Shown here one piece after another: positions 27,390 through 40,200 of a stretch of 64,000 nt of DNA. A program made the position numbers and the translations under genes. Each line of letters starts with the position of its first letter. Within the stretch, counting starts at the first letter, position 1. The notes below the pieces were generated by a model. The model did not search any database and was not told the origin of the DNA. It saw only the letters and a list, made by a program, of their open reading frames with translations. The stretch covers positions 113,832,001 to 113,896,000 of the forward strand of contig OX597822.1 in assembly GCA_951406725.2 (NCBI GenBank), given 5' to 3'. The DNA is from Octopus vulgaris. Lineage: Eukaryota.

Positions 27390-27968
27390 CATTATATTTA
27401 CTTGTGTTATTTTTTTTTCATTTAGGAAAATGACACATCAACTTCGAAGGAGACTACAGACTCTTCAGAAGAAAAGAACAGGCAGCACTTACCAGAAACA
27501 GGCCAATAGAGGGATATCTATAACAGCCCTCACCAGAAACATACCAATGAGAGAATATTTATGTAGTTTCTCAACCTGTTAGAAAGAGTAGCTGAATTCC
27601 CTCAAAATATTGAAAAAAAAACACCATCCTATCTTTAAAAAAAAAAGGGCAATTATATAATGTAGTGTTAGATATAATAACTAATGGGATTACTTTGGTT
27701 AGAATACCTTTGCTCATAGACCTACGGCATCAGGGCTGACTTGGAGCTAAACAACAACATGTCTACTTATAGACAATTTAAAATAGATTAAAATGGACTT
27801 TTGTTGGAACGTGTAGTTTACAGGCTGTAAACTGCTTGATCCAAGACACATTCTTTTTAATTTGAAGAAAAATGTCAAAAAAATGTTTTGAAACTGTCAA
27901 TAGTTAATGATGTAAGTTCCCATTAGATTTATAACAACACAAAACACATACACTCACACACATGTATA

Positions 27969-28415
27969 CAGTAATACTTCACTTTACAAGAAGCTGCTTT
28001 AGAAGACCCCAGGTTTACAAGATTTATTTTTCAAGCGCAAGATCTAAATTTTGAACAAAGTGCAAAAGTTTCTACTACCATAACAAATGCTTATACATGT
28101 TACCGAGAAATTTATAGAGAGCAAAAAAAATATTCTTCTTAGCAAACAACTCTAGACTTGTTTTTTCAAAAGAACTCTACAACTGCAAGTGCTTGTGAAT
28201 TAGCGATCGTGTCTACAAGTATTGGTGTGTGAAAGTGACACAGAAAACAATTATGATAATTTTTTTTGTTATAAATGACCTTAACATTTTTTTTTTTTTT
28301 ACTTTACATAAAATATTCTTTACATTCTACACTTGTTTTATTGCCATTTATTTATGAGTTTTCACTTTACATGCGATCTCTGGGAACAAATTAACTCGTA
28401 TATCAAGGCATTTCG
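27969..28415 (+). mobile_element. Tigger/pogo-like relic
   Basis: QDLNFEQSAKVSTTITNAYTCYREIYREQKK...QTTLDLFFQK resembles a Tigger transposase C-terminus; starts TA|CAGTAATAC. Confidence 0.65.
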
Positions 28416-28694
28416 TTATATATATAACAATAGGAAATCCATAATTACATGTTTTTGCTTCTCAACTATGAACACTATATATATAAAGAGTGTTGTAATT
28501 CACTTGAAGCACTGTAATATCAAAGAATGTAAAAAGAGAGAAAACAGTTTCTGATAATGTGGAAAGTTTAATAAAACATTTGTATTTTGGGCTCAAAGAC
28601 CCCATCTTCAGAAGAAAAGAACAGTCTAAGACAAGTCCAGTTATGTAGGATCCATTAATCCATTCAAACTTCCCAGTATTTATATATATATATA

Positions 28695-29835
28695 CATGAG
28701 AAGGTTCTGAAAAGTTCCTGGCTTCAAAGGTGTTGTGAAATGGTAGAGCTGTTACCTTCACAAGGGTTGAAGGATGACTGTTTGGCGGAAGACAGTCAAA
28801 AACTCACGATGGTATATAATATATCTTTCTCTTTTTTGGAGATTTAATGCATGATGGCCGCTCCTATGGTCATCGAGTTCTTCTTTTTGCAAAGCAAAGA
28901 AGCAGTGGAAATCCATGGTGAGATGAAGGAAGGCTTGAAGGATCTTGCTCCACAGTGAAAATCAGTTTCAGACTGGTCATTGTGAGGTCAAAGATGAAAC
29001 CTGGTCAGGACAACCAGCTTCCACAACTACAGACAACAAAGCCAATGCTGAGCATGTCATGATTCTCAAGGACTGCCATATTTCAGCTAAAGTCAGAGCT
29101 GAGACTCTGGGGATTTCTCACGAAAGAGATGGCCACATCATCTATTCTGGACATGAGAACACTTCCTGCAAAATGGGTGCTGAAATGCCTGAACACAATC
29201 AGAAGTGTATCAGAGCGATGACCAAAGGGAACTTTGGACTGATTTTATGGCTTGTTTAGTAACCATGAATGAAACTTGGTTTCATCATTATGATCCTCAG
29301 ACTAAGCAGCAATCAATGGAGTGGTGCCACAGTGGTTCACCACATCCCAAGAAACGTCAGACCCAGAAATCAACAAGAAAGATTCTGGCTTCAGTGTTCT
29401 GGGACAAAGACGGAGTATTCCTCATAAAATACCTGCCAAAGGGTTTTACCATCAATGCAGAATACTACATGTCTCTGTTGGATGAACTGCATGAAGCTTT
29501 GAAGCAGAAACACCATGGAGAGCTGAGACATGGTGTTCTGTTTTTGCAGGACAATGCACCAATGTGACTTTGGCTTTGAATCGGTAGACCATTCACCTTA
29601 CTCTCCTGATTTGGCCCCCCTCCAACACTCACCTCTTTCCACAACTGAAGAAACATCTCAGGGGAATGAAATTTCACTCCAGTCTGGAAGTGATCACTGC
29701 TACAGAGGCCTGGTTAGAGGCCGAAACTTCTAAGTTCTTTTTACAGGGCTTAGAAAAACTGAAAGACTGCTGCAATAAGTGTGTGAATCTGAGAGGGGAA
29801 TATGTTGAATAAGGTTATAAGTAACTGATCCTCCT
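28695..29835 (+). mobile_element. Degenerate mariner, second family; right TIR missing
   Basis: Left TIR ...CTGAAAAGTTCCTGGCTT; VTMNETWFHHYDPQTKQQSMEW, ILASVFWD, LQDNAP and YSPDLAP motifs. Confidence 0.9.
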
Positions 29836-32117
29836 CTATAAATCAATATCTTCAATATCTTTAATGAAGGTTTTTTAACTGTTAAAGACATAGCTATGTT
29901 TTCTTATGAAAGTCATGGCATTATAGTCAATACCATATCTTCATGCATGTACATCATTTGTTTCTTTGCTCTTTACAAGAGAATGTGTGAAAGATAGATA
30001 GATAGGTAGTGTTGTCACCATAATAACAAACAAGTTTTGATTAAAAACATAGGAATGTTAAGTGCAAGTCTGTAACACAACACAACAACCTCTCATTAAA
30101 GTGAAAGCCTTTTTTTTTAAAGTTTGTGTTGCATTGTCTGAATCTTGTTTTACAAAACAAGATTTAAAAAAATGAAGGGAAGTCCAGACAAAAATGGGGA
30201 AATTTCATCTTGTATGGGATAGGTATTCCAAAAGTCCACTCTTCCAGTTTCCAGTGGGAGCGGGGGGAACACAATGAGTAAGATTTATTGCATTTTGGAC
30301 TTTGAGAAAAAATATTTTTTACAAATGTTCTCTACCTTACAAAAACTATATCAGCCACGCAAATGACATTCTTTCTCTCAATGCATTTAAAACACTATCA
30401 CATATTCAGAATACCATTTCAGAAAATCATCTCTGTTCTCTTTGAGCATATAAAAGACAAATTTGGATGGGACGAAATAAGTAAGACAAGATAAGGTAAA
30501 TTAGCCTCTTCAGTTCTCTAAAATTACATTTGAAAAAAAGACTCATACAATCAATGTCCATCCTTTGACAATAAAAGGATCAGAAATGCAACAAAACTTT
30601 TAAATATCTTGATCAAATAAAAGTGGGCTGTAGAAAATTGATTCATGATATTAATGAAACTCGGCTCAATCTAAAAACTCAACATAAAATATCCACAATC
30701 TGCTGGAATGGCTGTCTTCCTGATATATTTACGCACAAAGCAATTAAAGAGAAGAAATTATTAAAACTAGTCATTACTCATTTTGCCCCATTTAAGACAT
30801 CATTTTTCTGAAAATGGAAAGTTATCAAATTAGACATTGGGGTGAGAAAAAATTGACATGGAATCCAACAGGAAAAAGAATATTGATTGTTTAACACCAA
30901 AAACTACCCAAATATTTTCATTAGCAGCCTCAATTATAATCAGATTGAAGTTGAAGAAAAATTTCTTGAAAAAAAAAGCACCTGTCACTTGAATGTGTTG
31001 CAAACCTTCTTAATATCAACAACTTCTATACTGACCAATTTTTACTCCTAAAGACGATGCATCAATATAAATGATGCAATGCTTTCAAACAGGCAGAGAG
31101 GAAACAAAGAGAAATCAGAAATTGCTTATTTTTCCCCAGTTACAAATTTTGCCCTACCCACTATGGTCATTTCAAGTATTTGACGAATTGGAATAGTACA
31201 TCATCATCATCATCGTTAAACATCCGTTTTCTGTGCTAGCACAAGTTGGACGGTTCGATCGGAGTCTGAGAAGTCAGGAGGCTGCACCAGGCTCCAATCT
31301 TGATCTGGCAGTGTTTCTACAGCTGGATGCCCGTCCTAACACCAACCACTCTGTGAGTGTAGTGGGTGCTTTTTATGTGCCACCGGCACAAGTGCCAGAG
31401 GGGGGCTGGCAGCGGTCACAATCGGTTGGTACCTTTTACATGCCACCGGCACAGAAGCCAGTCAAGGCAGCGCTGGCATTGGCCACGTTTGGATGGTGCT
31501 TTTTACATGCCACCGGCACAGATCCAGTCAAGGCGGCGCTGGCATTGGCCACATTCGGATGGTGCTTTTTACGTGCCACCGGCACAGAAGCCAGTCAAGG
31601 CGGCACTGGCATTGGCCACGTTCGGATGGTGTTTTTTACGTGCCACCGGCACAGGTATCACAACTACAATTTCCATTTGATATTTATTTTGATGTTGAAG
31701 TACTTGACTCATGACAAAAAATGTACAAAAAAGAAGGAACAAGGTTAAATTTAATGAAAAATATTTGAACATAAATGCAATAATTCTAAAGTTGGAAAAA
31801 ATATTTTTAAATATTGAGAGAAGTAATTTTATAATTAAAGCTAACTTCAAAATTTACATTTTGAAACATATTTCTTGACTCACTGAAATAACGAAATTTA
31901 CAAGTGGGAATATATGTGTTTATATGTGTGTGTGGGTGTGTATGTGTATGTGTGGGCGTGCAAGTAAAAGTGGGCATGCGCACACCCACACCAACTTTTA
32001 ATTGCAAATGGTCGGTCCAAGGTTATTGTTCAGTCAAGCATTGAAAGAATGAATTTGATCTTGTGCCAATAACTTCTTTCTGTCAACCTATTTCTTTATG
32101 TATTTTTATATACTTAC

Positions 32118-32676
32118 ACACAAACACACACACATACTCACTCTCTCTCTCTATCTCTCTTTTTTCTACCTCTCTCTCTCTTTCACTCTCTCTCTTTCTA
32201 TCTCTATCTCTCCCCCACACACACACATACACACACACATACTCACTCTCTCTCTTTCTATCTCTCTCTTTTTCTACCTCTCTCTCTCTTTCTCTTTCTC
32301 TCTCTCTTTTTCTACCTCTCTCTCTCTCTTTCTCTTTCTATCTCTCTCTTTTTCTACCACTCTCTCTCTCTTTCTCTTTCTCTACCTCTCTCTCTCTCTT
32401 TCTATCTCTCTTTTTCTACCTCTCTCTTTCTCTGTCTATCTCTCTCTTTTTCTACCTCTCTCTCTCTTTCTCTTTCTATCTCTCTCTTTTTCTACCTCTC
32501 TCTCTCATACACACACACAGACATACTCACTCACTCTCTCTTTCTCTTTCTATCTCTCTCTACCTCTCTCTCATACACACACACACATACACACACACAC
32601 ATACTCACTCACTCTCTCTTTTTCTACCTCTCTCTCCCTCTCTCTTTCTCTCTCATACACACACACACACACATAC
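32118..32676. repeat. CT/CA-rich compound low-complexity repeat
   Basis: Recurrent CTCTCTTTTTCTACCTCTCTC and CACACACATAC units. Confidence 0.95.
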
Positions 32677-33479
32677 ATAATCTTTTTTCAGGAGTGTTTT
32701 TCTTTTCTCTGTTTTTCTATTAATTTCAAATGCTTTGCTTAATTGTTTTGTATTTTTTTTTAAATTTTAATTCTTTTTCTAAAACTCCAGATATTTTCTT
32801 GAAAGCAATGTCTTTTGTTGGGCCCCTACATATGGACTGACAACCTGGCCAATCTGCCACTGCATACAGCTTAACTCCCTATCGTTATTCATAACATCAC
32901 ACAATTAACAGCAGCTCTTCCATCCCACGTGTCTCCACCTGTTCAGAGATTGAAGTGGTCACAGATGTGTGATGAAAGATTTTCAGACAATGAACATTAG
33001 ATAAAATAAGAATGATAATTGATGAGTGAAGAACGAATATATAGTGTGTGTGTTTATTTGGCAAGAAAAAATGACCATCCCAAAATATGACAATATCTGT
33101 TTCAACATACGATTTCACACCGGGAATCTTACAAAACAAATTTATAAATGTAATTTCACCATTAAATTACCTTTTAGCATTAAATTTTAGCACTAAATAC
33201 ACTTTGTTTCTATCTACAGTTTGAACATTTTAAACAAACTGTGTTTATGTTAATAAAGTTAGAGAGCTGTTACAATGATAATTGAGTCTCTGGTACCTGT
33301 TGTAATTTATAAGAGTTTTATAGAATTACAGGGCAAAGTAATTCCTGCACAATTACTTGGTCTGCAGAATTGTAATAAAAAAACAAATCCTATGTATTGT
33401 TCTTTAGAAAATTTTGTAAATTCCCCAGGAGTCAGTATCGGTTAGATAGCATTTTTTCTGTTTGGCTGCCACTTCTCAT

Positions 33480-33680
33480 AGGATACAGCCCAGTCACCTG
33501 TATAGTTAATCAGGTTCTTCAGGAAGGTATCATCCCCAATGACTGGTGTAGTAGCATTATAGTTAGTTGCTACAAGGGTGCAATTCTGGTGCAAGCTTCT
33601 GCCTGGCCAGCTCCAGTCAAAATGTCCAACCCATGCCAGCATGGGAAGGTGTACATTAAACGACGACGATGATGATGATT
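33480..33680 (+). mobile_element. RTE fragment fused to a 3' tail
   Basis: IVNQVLQEGIIPNDWCSSIIVSCYKG (pre-RT region) followed directly by the CCAACCCATGCCAGCATGG...(GAT)n tail. Confidence 0.6.
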
Positions 33681-36600
33681 ATGTAGTTTTGTATGCCTAT
33701 TGTTGACATGAAATTCATTTTCACCATCAGTCAATGAATGAACAGTTGATAGCTTTTAAAGTTTGCAAATTTTGAGTAATTTTGGTTAATTGAAAGCCAC
33801 AGACATATAGGTGCCTGTTTCCATGGTAACACTCTCCTGTAAAACCACGTGTATTCATGAAAAACAAAATGTGCTGTTTATTCTTTTTCTCAACCTGGAC
33901 TACAAGTTTGTTTTCTCTGCTCTTAAAATTACAAAATGTGTTGCTTAATCTTTTTTTCCCATTAAATGCATATTGAAAGCTTAAACCTACTAAATACGTG
34001 TTGTTTACTCATTTTGTTTGGTCATTTTCACTAATTAAATGCAATTAGACGTTGTTTTATTGTCTTATGATTAGTCACACACAATACAACAGCTTCCAAA
34101 TCCTGTTTTCTGCCTGGGTAAAAATTAATCAAACTTTAAACCTTTGTAACGTTTAAAAAAATTTTTTTCTAGAACAAGTGAATGAAACCCTGAGATTCAG
34201 CATGAAAAATTACACCAATACACCAAATTTGAAAACTTTCACTTAATTTTAAAATTCTATAAAGTGCTGCCAAACTGAAAGGATTTTGTTTTTATATTCA
34301 TGCTAACACTAACAGCATCCTAGTTGCCTCGCAAGCATATATGGTTCAAGTTCTATGAATGAGACTGCTTTTCTTTCCCATCCCAAATTCATTTTATAAT
34401 CTTTTACTCTTTCTCTTTTACTCTTTTACTTGTTTCAGACATTTTGACTGTGGCCATGCTGGAGCACCGCATTTAGTCGAGCAAATCGACCCCAGGACTT
34501 ATTCTTTGTAAGCCCAGTACTTATTCTATTGGTCTCTTTTGACGAACAGCTAAGTGACGGAGACGTAAACACACCAGCATCGGTTGTCAAGCAATGCTAG
34601 AGGGACAAACACAGCAGACACACAAACACACACATCATCATCGTTTAACATCCATTTTCCGCGCTAGCACGGGTTGGACGGTTCGACTGGAGTCTGGGAA
34701 GCCAGGGCTGCACCAGGCTCCAGTCTGATCTGGCAGTGTTTCTACAGCTGGATGCCCTTCCTAACGCCAACCACTCCGCGAGTGTAGTGGGTGCTTTTAC
34801 GATCGGTTGGTGCTTTTAACGTGCCACCGGCACGGAAGCCAGCCAAGGCGGCGCTGGCATCGGCCACGTTCGGATGGTGCTTTTTATGTGCCACCGGCAC
34901 AGAAGCCAGTCGAGGCGGCGCTGGCAACGGCCGCATACATATATATACATAAACATATATATACACATACATATATATACATATATACGACAGGCTTCTT
35001 TCAGTTTCCGTCTACCATATCCACTCACAAGGCATTGGTTGGCCCGGGGCTATAGCAGAAGACACTTGCCCAAGATGCCATGCAGTGGGACTGAACCCGG
35101 GACCATGTGGTTGGTTAACAAGCTACTTACCACACAGCCACTCCTACGCCTATATTTACAATAATTTACATTATAATTTGATCAATGGGATTATTTACCA
35201 TCGCAAATATCAAATAACCTTTCCCCATAACAAACAGTGGGAATAAAACAGCACAAGTACCAGAAACAATTTATACCACCTTTTATCATTCACTTGTTTT
35301 GGTCGTTAGACTGCGACCATGCTGGGGCACAGCCTTGAAGTATTTTTCTTTAGTCAAAACTAATCAACCCCAATACTTGTTCTCTTTTTAAGCCTGATCT
35401 CTTCTGCCAAACTTCTAAGTTACAGGGACCTAAACATACCATCACTAGTTGTCAAGCAGTGTAAAAATAATTTGGAGTGGTTGGCGATAGGAAGGGCATC
35501 CAGCCGTAGAAACACTGCCAGATCAGACTGGGCCTGGTGCAGCCTTCTGGCTTCCCAGACCCCAGCTGAACTGTCCAACCCATGCTAGCATGGAAAGCGG
35601 ACGCTAAACGATGATGATGATGATGATGATGTAGAAGTATAAGTAATTTATTGCATATAAATTTAGCCTTTTTGTTACCAACCTGCCTGAGATCACCCCC
35701 TGGTTCTAGGGCACAAACATCCTTTTTTAAATTATCCATGTACCATGCCATTTTTATATATATTTTTACTATGTACCCTCTATGGCTAATTTAGTGTTTT
35801 GTTTGGTGTGTAATATTAGATAGATATGACACTTTTACGCTAGAAAGAAACAGTAAACTTGATCTCTACACTTCCCCTCTCTTTTATGATAAGACTTATA
35901 TTTTGGAAAAACTGAAATAAACACAGCTGTCTTACCTACTTAAAGAGATAATATTGCTCGTTATATGTGAATTAACAGATCTTTTTTGCTTGAATATTCA
36001 TCTGCACTTTTAAACAACACAAAATAAAATTTGTTATAATGTAAAAATTATTCACTCAAAAACAACTTAAACATGAGATTGCTAAATAGTAACCTGATAA
36101 GGGGTAACCTCTTTAAAAACATGACATTGCTAAATAGTGTCCTAATAAGAGTTTTAGCACCATGATATTACTAAATAGTGACCCAATGTGGAAGTTTTAA
36201 TATGACAATGCTAAATAGTGACCTCAAACGAAGTGGGAACTCTATGACACTACTAAATAATAATGTTTTTTGATTTAAACACAAGGCCAACAGTTGCAAG
36301 GGGATGGGCTCAGTCAATGCCACTGACCCCAGTATTTGACTGGTACTTTATTTTATCAACTCCAAAGGCATAAAAGCCACAAGTTGACTTCAGTGTGATT
36401 TGAACTCAGAATATAATGTATTCTGAACAAATACTATAAAGTAGTTTTTCTGACACTAACGATTCTGCCAATTTACTGCTTTAAGTTTTTGAATAAACCA
36501 TTTAAACAATGATGCTCTCTAACAGAGCCCCTACACCTTTGTTTGGTGTTTGCCAAGTTGGGAATTTGAACTTACAATAAGAAATGTACTGTAAAAATAG

Positions 36601-36839
36601 TCCAAAATACAGGACCAATAATATTTTTCTCTTTTACTCTTTTATTTGTTTCAGTCATTTGACTGTAGCCATGCTGGAGCACCGCTTTTTTTTTAGTTGA
36701 GCAAATCGACCCCAGGGCTTATTCTTTGTAAGCCTAGTACTTATTCTATCGGTCTCTTTTGCCAAACCGCTAAGTTACAGGGATGTAAACACGCCAGCAT
36801 CGGTTGTCAAGTGATGTTGGGGGGACAGACACAGACACA

Positions 36840-36889
<50 letters not shown>

Positions 36890-37269
36890 CATATATACGA
36901 CAGGCTTCTTTCAGTTTCCGTCTACCAAATCCACTCACAAATCTTTGGTTGGCCCGAGGCTATAGTAGAAGACACTTGCCCAAGGTGCCACGCAGTGGGA
37001 CTGAACCCGGAAGCATGTGGTTCGTAAGCAAGCTACTTACCACACAGTCACTCCTACGCCTTTGGTATATTAATAAATCTTAAATAAAAATACAACTTTA
37101 TTCAAGTGTCATTTTTTTTTCCATATCATAAAAGGCATATTATCTGGGGAAAAACTTGTTGAAGGAGCTGATAATGAAATCAGCTAAATTACTTGTAAAT
37201 GAAGTTTTCACTATTAACAGAAAGGGTGCAGTAGAGCTCATTATAGAGATATAAAAAAACAACACAATA

Positions 37270-40200
37270 GGTACAAAATCTTCTGGGAAGGTAACAGTGA
37301 CGGAGTAGTGGGTGTAGATACACTCCTTGCAGAGAAATGGGTGGATAAGATCATAGAGGTAGTCAGTGTGTGTGATAGAGTGCTTAACCTTAGGCTAGTT
37401 TTGAAGAATAGTATAGCTACAATTATCTTCCATGGTGCTCATGGGGACCATGGAATTGGATCCTGAAATGAAGAGGGAACTAGGCTATTGGAGTTCTATG
37501 ATGCAAGCAACCTATTAATCTGCAATACTGACTTCAGGAAGCCAGCCAGCCACCTGATAACCTATCAATCAGGCAACTCTACTAGCCAGATTGATTTCAA
37601 CCTCACCAGACAGCAGGATGCAGGGTTGCTCCTAAATACAAAGACCCTCCCTGCTGAAAAATGTACCCTCCCACCACCAGCATAGATTAGTCATCAATGA
37701 CTTAAGACTTGAGGCCAGAAGGATGCCAAGAAGCAGTGCTTGAGAAGACCTGTCGAGTTAAGTAAAATCAAAAATCAAAATCAAAAGCAAATCAAGATCG
37801 AAGTCAAAATGGAAATTGTAGCTGTGGCCGACGCCAGTGCTGCCTGACTGGCTCCCATGCTGGTGGCACATAATAAGCACCATTCAAGCATGGGTCGATG
37901 CCAGTACTGCCTGACTGGCACCAATGCTGGTGGCACATAATAAGCACCATTCAAGCATGGGTCGATGCCAGTACTGCCTGACTGGCACCAATGCTGGTGG
38001 CACATAATAAGCACCATTCAAGCATGGGTCGATGCCAGTACTGCCTGACTGGCACCAATGCTGGTGGCACATAATAAGCACCATTCAAGCATGGGTCGAT
38101 GCCAGTACTGCCTGACTGGCACCAATGCTGGTGGCACATAATAAGCACCAATCAAGCATGGGTCGATGCCAGTACTGCCTGACTGGCACCAATGCTGGTG
38201 GCACATAATAAGCACCATTCAAGCATGGGTCGATGCCAGTACTGCCTGACTGGCTCCCATGCTGGTGGCACATAATGAGCACCATTCAAGCATGGGTCGA
38301 TGCCAGTGCTGCCTGACTGGCTCCCATGCTGGTGGCACATAATAAGCACCATTCAAGCATGGGTCGATGCCAGTACTGCCTGACTGGCTCCCATGCTGGT
38401 GGCACATAATAAGCACCATTCAAGCATGGGTCGATGCGAGTACTGCCTGACTGGCTCCCATGCTGGTGGCACATAATAAGCACCATTCAAGCATGGGTCG
38501 ATGCCAGTACTGCCTGACTGGCTCCCATGCTGGTGGCACATAATAAGCACCATTCAAGCATGGGTCGATGCCAGTACTGCCTGACTGGCTCCCATGCTGG
38601 TGGCACATAATAAGCACCATTCAAGCATGGGTCGATGCCAGTGCTGCCTGACTGGCTCCCATGCTGGTGGCACATAAAAAGCACCATTCAAGCATGGGTC
38701 GATGCCAGTGCTGCCTGACTGGCTCCCATGCTGGTGGCACATAATAAGCACCATTCAAGCATGGGTCGATGCCAGTGCTGCCTGACTGGCTCACATGCTG
38801 GTGGCACATAAAAAGCACCATTCAAGCATGGGTCGATGCCAGTGCTGCCTGACTGGCTCCCATGCTGGTGGCACATAATAAGCACCATTCAAGCATGGGT
38901 CGATGCCAGTACTGCCTGACTGGCTCCCATGCTGGTGGCACATAAAAAGCACCATTCAAGCATGGGTCGATGCCAGTGCTGCCTGACTGGCTCCCATGCT
39001 GGTGGCACATAATAAGCACCATTCAAGCATGGGTCGATGCCAGTACTGCCTGACTGGCTCCCATGCTGGTGGCACATAATAAGCACCATTCAAGCATGGG
39101 TCGATGCCAGTACTGCCTGACTGGCTCCCATGCTGGTGGCACATAATAAGCACCATTCAAGCATGGGTCGATGCCAGTACTGCCTGACTGGCTCCCATGC
39201 TGGTGGCACATAATAAGCACCATTCAAGCATGGGTCGATGCCAGTGCTGCCTGACTGGCTCCCATGCTGGTGGCACATAAAAAGCACCATTCAAGCATGG
39301 GTCGATGCCAGTGCTGCCTGACTGGCTCCCATGCTGGTGGCACATAATAAGCACCATTCAAGCATGGGTCGATGCCAGTACTGCCTGACTGGCACCAATG
39401 CTGGTGGCACATAATAAGCACCATTCAAGCATGGGTCGATGCCAGTACTGCCTGACTGGCACCAATGCTGGTGGCACATAATAAGCACCATTCAAGCATG
39501 GGTCGATGCCAGTACTGCCTGACTGGCACCAATGCTGGTGGCACATAATAAGCACCATTCAAGCATGGGTCGATGCCAGTACTGCCTGACTGGCACCAAT
39601 GCTGGTGGCACATAATAAGCACCAATCAAGCATGGGTCGATGCCAGTACTGCCTGACTGGCACCAATGCTGGTGGCACATAATAAGCACCATTCAAGCAT
39701 GGGTCGATGCCAGTACTGCCTGACTGGCTCCCATGCTGGTGGCACATAATGAGCACCATTCAAGCATGGGTCGATGCCAGTGCTGCCTGACTGGCTCCCA
39801 TGCTGGTGGCACATAATAAGCACCATTCAAGCATGGGTCGATGCCAGTACTGCCTGACTGGCTCCCATGCTGGTGGCACATAATAAGCACCATTCAAGCA
39901 TGGGTCGATGCGAGTACTGCCTGACTGGCTCCCATGCTGGTGGCACATAATAAGCACCATTCAAGCATGGGTCGATGCCAGTACTGCCTGACTGGCTCCC
40001 ATGCTGGTGGCACATAATAAGCACCATTCAAGCATGGGTCGATGCCAGTACTGCCTGACTGGCTCCCATGCTGGTGGCACATAATAAGCACCATTCAAGC
40101 ATGGGTCGATGCCAGTGCTGCCTGACTGGCTCCCATGCTGGTGGCACATAAAAAGCACCATTCAAGCATGGGTCGATGCCAGTGCTGCCTGACTGGCTCC

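Noticed and set aside
36073-36261. CRISPR call for the repeat-spacer cluster
   Set aside because: Repeats are degenerate, spacers are short and partly similar, and there is no leader or cas gene. Kept only as an unexplained motif cluster.
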